This document shows, piece after piece, positions 61,434 to 64,000 of a stretch of DNA of 64,000 nucleotides. The stretch spans positions 1 through 64,000 of the forward strand of contig JBGUGD010000002.1 of NCBI GenBank assembly GCA_041697335.1, given 5' to 3'. The DNA comes from Vampirovibrionaceae bacterium NZW_1234 (GTDB taxonomy: Bacteria > Cyanobacteriota > Vampirovibrionia > Vampirovibrionales > JAGQHJ01). Position 1 is the first letter of the stretch. Every line of letters begins with the position of its first letter. The notes beneath the pieces were generated by a model. The model ran no database searches. It worked only from the letters and a program-made list of their open reading frames with translations, and was not told the origin of the DNA. The translations under genes were made by a program, and so were the position numbers.

Positions 61434-64000
61434 TTAGCGCTGTGAAATAGAGAGTTGCACCGGTGCTGGGTTAGGGTTCCCGGCATGGGGCAAGGCCTTG
61501 GCCTGCAACACATAAGTGTGAGGGCTGCCTCCGTTGCCGGCGACAATGCCGCCGAGGGCGACCTGCTCCTGGTGGCCTTGGGGTTGCTTGAGGATGACTT
61601 GCACCTGGAGCGCTGCTTTTTCATCGAAGGGCTCATTCTTCACCACTCGGAATCCCGTCTGGGGGTTATAGCCGTAAACCAGATCGGCCCGTTCTTTTTT
61701 CAGCTTTTGAAGCTGGTCATAGCCGTTCCAGTAATTTTCGGCGGCTTCCTGATAAGTGCGGTACAGGTTGACCTGGGTGGCCTGGGTTAATACAAAGGAT
61801 TCCCAGAGCGAATTTTCCACCCCCTGGTAATAGGCCTTTACGGCGGTTTTTAATGCGTCTTTAATTAAGGATGACCCCAGCCCTCCGGCCGAGTAAGCCT
61901 CTCGCTGGCCCAGTTGCATCAAGCGCCGGCGATGTTGGTTCAACTTTTCCCCCTGGGCCTTTAGGGCCTCGGCGCCGATGCCGGGTTGGCCCATCATGCG
62001 GGCAAATTGAAGGCGGTCGCTTTGGGCAAAGCGACGGGCCAGATTGACGCCAAGGGTCTGGTTGCCCAGTTCTCGACCGTGCCGGGTAAGGCCGTCTTCG
62101 ATGGTTCTATAAATGGCTGTTTTGGCCACCTCGGCTGTGGTTAATGGATTGGACGTGCCTGCGCCAAGTTGTGTGTTGGCTTCATAAAGACCGTCCTGGT
62201 AAACGAAGTTTTCCGAATCCAGGACGCCGGAGGCATCTTCCAGGCCATATTGGACTCCGGCCATGGCTACTTTGTGCAAGGTCTCAATGAGAGCACCTGC
62301 CGGGCCTCCGCGTCCCCAGCCTTCGACAAAGACTTCGTAGGCATTTAGGCCAAAGTCAACGGCTGCGTTGGCCCGAGCTGTGTCCATGATGGCTCCGTTG
62401 TTGTGGACCAGATCGGTGAGGGTGGCCCAGACCCCATTGCCCTGGCTTACCGAGTCGCCATGAAGAATCGACAGGGTGTCAGAAGCTTGCTGGGCCTTGG
62501 CTTTGAAGTCAGCAAAGATGCTGTCCTTGGTTTCCTTGAGATGGCGCACGGCATCCGTCATCTTTTGGATTTCCTGATCTTTTTTCTGAAGCTCCTCGAA
62601 TGGGCCTCGCCATTCGGCCTGGTAGACCGGTTGCTGATTGGCCAGGACCTGAACCTGCTCAACAAACGGGGTGCCATTGGCATCAAGCTGACGTTTCTGG
62701 GTTTCTATCTGGAACCATTCGTCCTTGGTGGTATCGATATCTCGTAAGGTTGCAGCCAATAAATTATTGGCGATGTCGAGTTCACTGATGGCATGGGTTT
62801 CCTGTTTGCGAAGCGCCCAAAATTGATCGGTCAGGTTGTCGAGGGTTTGGCGGGCTTGTGCAATCTCGGCGGAGCGGTCCGGCAAGGGCGGTAATTTCTC
62901 TTTCAAGGCGGCCTCTATCCGGGCGAGCTGTTCTTTGAGGCTGTCCAAAGTCGCAATGAGTCGGGTGGCTTGTTGGCCCCGGTTTTGAGGAGGGAGCGCC
63001 AGAATCTGGTCTTCGGTTTGTTTGATGGACTGGGCGACGAAGTCTCGCTGCTGAACAAGCGTACGAGCATTTGCCGGGATTTCCCGCGGGGGGTTCTCCA
63101 GGTCGTTCAGAATTTTTCGCTGGGCAATAATCCGCTGATCCAGGGCCTGCTTTTGGGATTTGACCGCCTCGGCCTGGTTGAAAGCATGTTGAACCCGGGT
63201 GAGTTGCTCTGAAGCCACACGCTTGAGGCTTTCCATTTTTCGCTCCATGTCCAGGCTCTCGCGTTGTAGATCGAACATTCGGTTTTGCCATTCCCGTTGA
63301 TCCAGGGAAATGCCTTGGATGGTGTATTTTTTCAGCGGCTCTTCGGAGGTCTGGTTTAATGCTGGCGGGGTGTCCTGGCATGCAGTCAGGGGGTCTTCTT
63401 TTCGGCTGGCAGTCCAGTCGCCGCCAGTGGATTTGTCACCATAGCCCCAGGTGCCTCGCAAGGACTTCCCGTCTTCAGACAGCCGGAAGATCACGCCGCC
63501 GGAATCACTGGACCCGGCATAGGAAGGGTATTCGGCCCAGCGGCCGGTGAAGGTTTTTCCGTCAGCAGACATGGTCCCGCTGAGACGGCCTTTGTCATGA
63601 ACATAGGTTCCAGTGACTCTGTTGCCAGAAGTTTGTAACTCCATATCGCCCCAATTCGTGCTCCACTTACCGCTAAAGGCTGTGGCTGTTTCCGAGGGGG
63701 CTTGCGCGTCAAGAGGAATAACCCGGACGTTATCGATCAGCGCACCGTAATAGTCTCCGGTATTGTTGAGGCTGATAAATTTGAGGGTGGTGTTAGCACT
63801 GTTGGCGGTGAACTCCAGGGATTCGGTTTTCCAGTTGAGATCTCGGCCATGGGTAAACACGCGAGAGGCGTTGCCCACTTGGACGGAGATGCGCTTGATG
63901 TCCGGTGGCCCCGCGTTGTTTCCGGCCATTGAGAACGTCAGTTTGTAACGCTTGCCGGGTTGGGTCTGAAAGGTTTGGGACACAATACCAAAGCCGGGCG
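61434..64000 (-). CDS. large multidomain protein, 5'-truncated by window: DUF642/galactose-binding-like domain, beta-barrel-like domain, long coiled coil
   Basis: Frame stays open to 64000 (PGFGIVSQTF..PGKRYKLTFSMAGN...YGALIDNV), then FSGKWSTNWG..TGTY..GRLSG, then heptad-rich region. Confidence 0.8.
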   Translation of the reverse strand, partial: PGFGIVSQTFQTQPGKRYKLTFSMAGNNAGPPDIKRISVQVGNASRVFTHGRDLNWKTESLEFTANSANTTLKFISLNNTGDYYGALIDNVRVIPLDAQAPSETATAFSGKWSTNWGDMELQTSGNRVTGTYVHDKGRLSGTMSADGKTFTGRWAEYPSYAGSSDSGGVIFRLSEDGKSLRGTWGYGDKSTGGDWTASRKEDPLTACQDTPPALNQTSEEPLKKYTIQGISLDQREWQNRMFDLQRESLDMERKMESLKRVASEQLTRVQHAFNQAEAVKSQKQALDQRIIAQRKILNDLENPPREIPANARTLVQQRDFVAQSIKQTEDQILALPPQNRGQQATRLIATLDSLKEQLARIEAALKEKLPPLPDRSAEIAQARQTLDNLTDQFWALRKQETHAISELDIANNLLAATLRDIDTTKDEWFQIETQKRQLDANGTPFVEQVQVLANQQPVYQAEWRGPFEELQKKDQEIQKMTDAVRHLKETKDSIFADFKAKAQQASDTLSILHGDSVSQGNGVWATLTDLVHNNGAIMDTARANAAVDFGLNAYEVFVEGWGRGGPAGALIETLHKVAMAGVQYGLEDASGVLDSENFVYQDGLYEANTQLGAGTSNPLTTAEVAKTAIYRTIEDGLTRHGRELGNQTLGVNLARRFAQSDRLQFARMMGQPGIGAEALKAQGEKLNQHRRRLMQLGQREAYSAGGLGSSLIKDALKTAVKAYYQGVENSLWESFVLTQATQVNLYRTYQEAAENYWNGYDQLQKLKKERADLVYGYNPQTGFRVVKNEPFDEKAALQVQVILKQPQGHQEQVALGGIVAGNGGSPHTYVLQAKALPHAGNPNPAPVQLSISQR

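Overview
Bacterial chromosomal window with about 60 supportable CDSs and no rRNA, tRNA or CRISPR array that I can see. Gene content and protein style suggest a non-photosynthetic cyanobacterial relative (Vampirovibrionia/Melainabacteria, Vampirovibrio-like algal predator). This taxonomic call is inference only. Housekeeping genes (ligA, glmS, tex, ldhA, pduO-type adenosyltransferase, tatA, nfeD-slipin, PAS kinase/NarL pair) are interspersed with many scattered proteins that carry an extra S/T/P/R/Q-rich, acid-poor N-terminal leader ending in an (x)RFG/RFSG-like motif. This leader is attached to unrelated enzymes (serine protease, calpain, caspase-like protein, Lon, Nudix, methyltransferase, DHH phosphoesterase, FMN glutamate-synthase-like protein, CxxCH protein) and is absent from the housekeeping genes. 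My lead hypothesis is an undescribed export/targeting signal that marks a prey-directed effector repertoire. Other notable items: an AvrB/AvrC-like Fido protein, a helically phased CGCG/T-tract DNA element, a 35-aa tandem-repeat peptide, a perfect 32-bp palindrome near an orphan Bet recombinase, candidate structured sRNAs, a split ArgZ-like locus, a three-member GntR-like wHTH family, a TonB gene with an internal stop, and the end of an IS5-family element at the left edge. All family calls are by eye from motifs; no searches were run.
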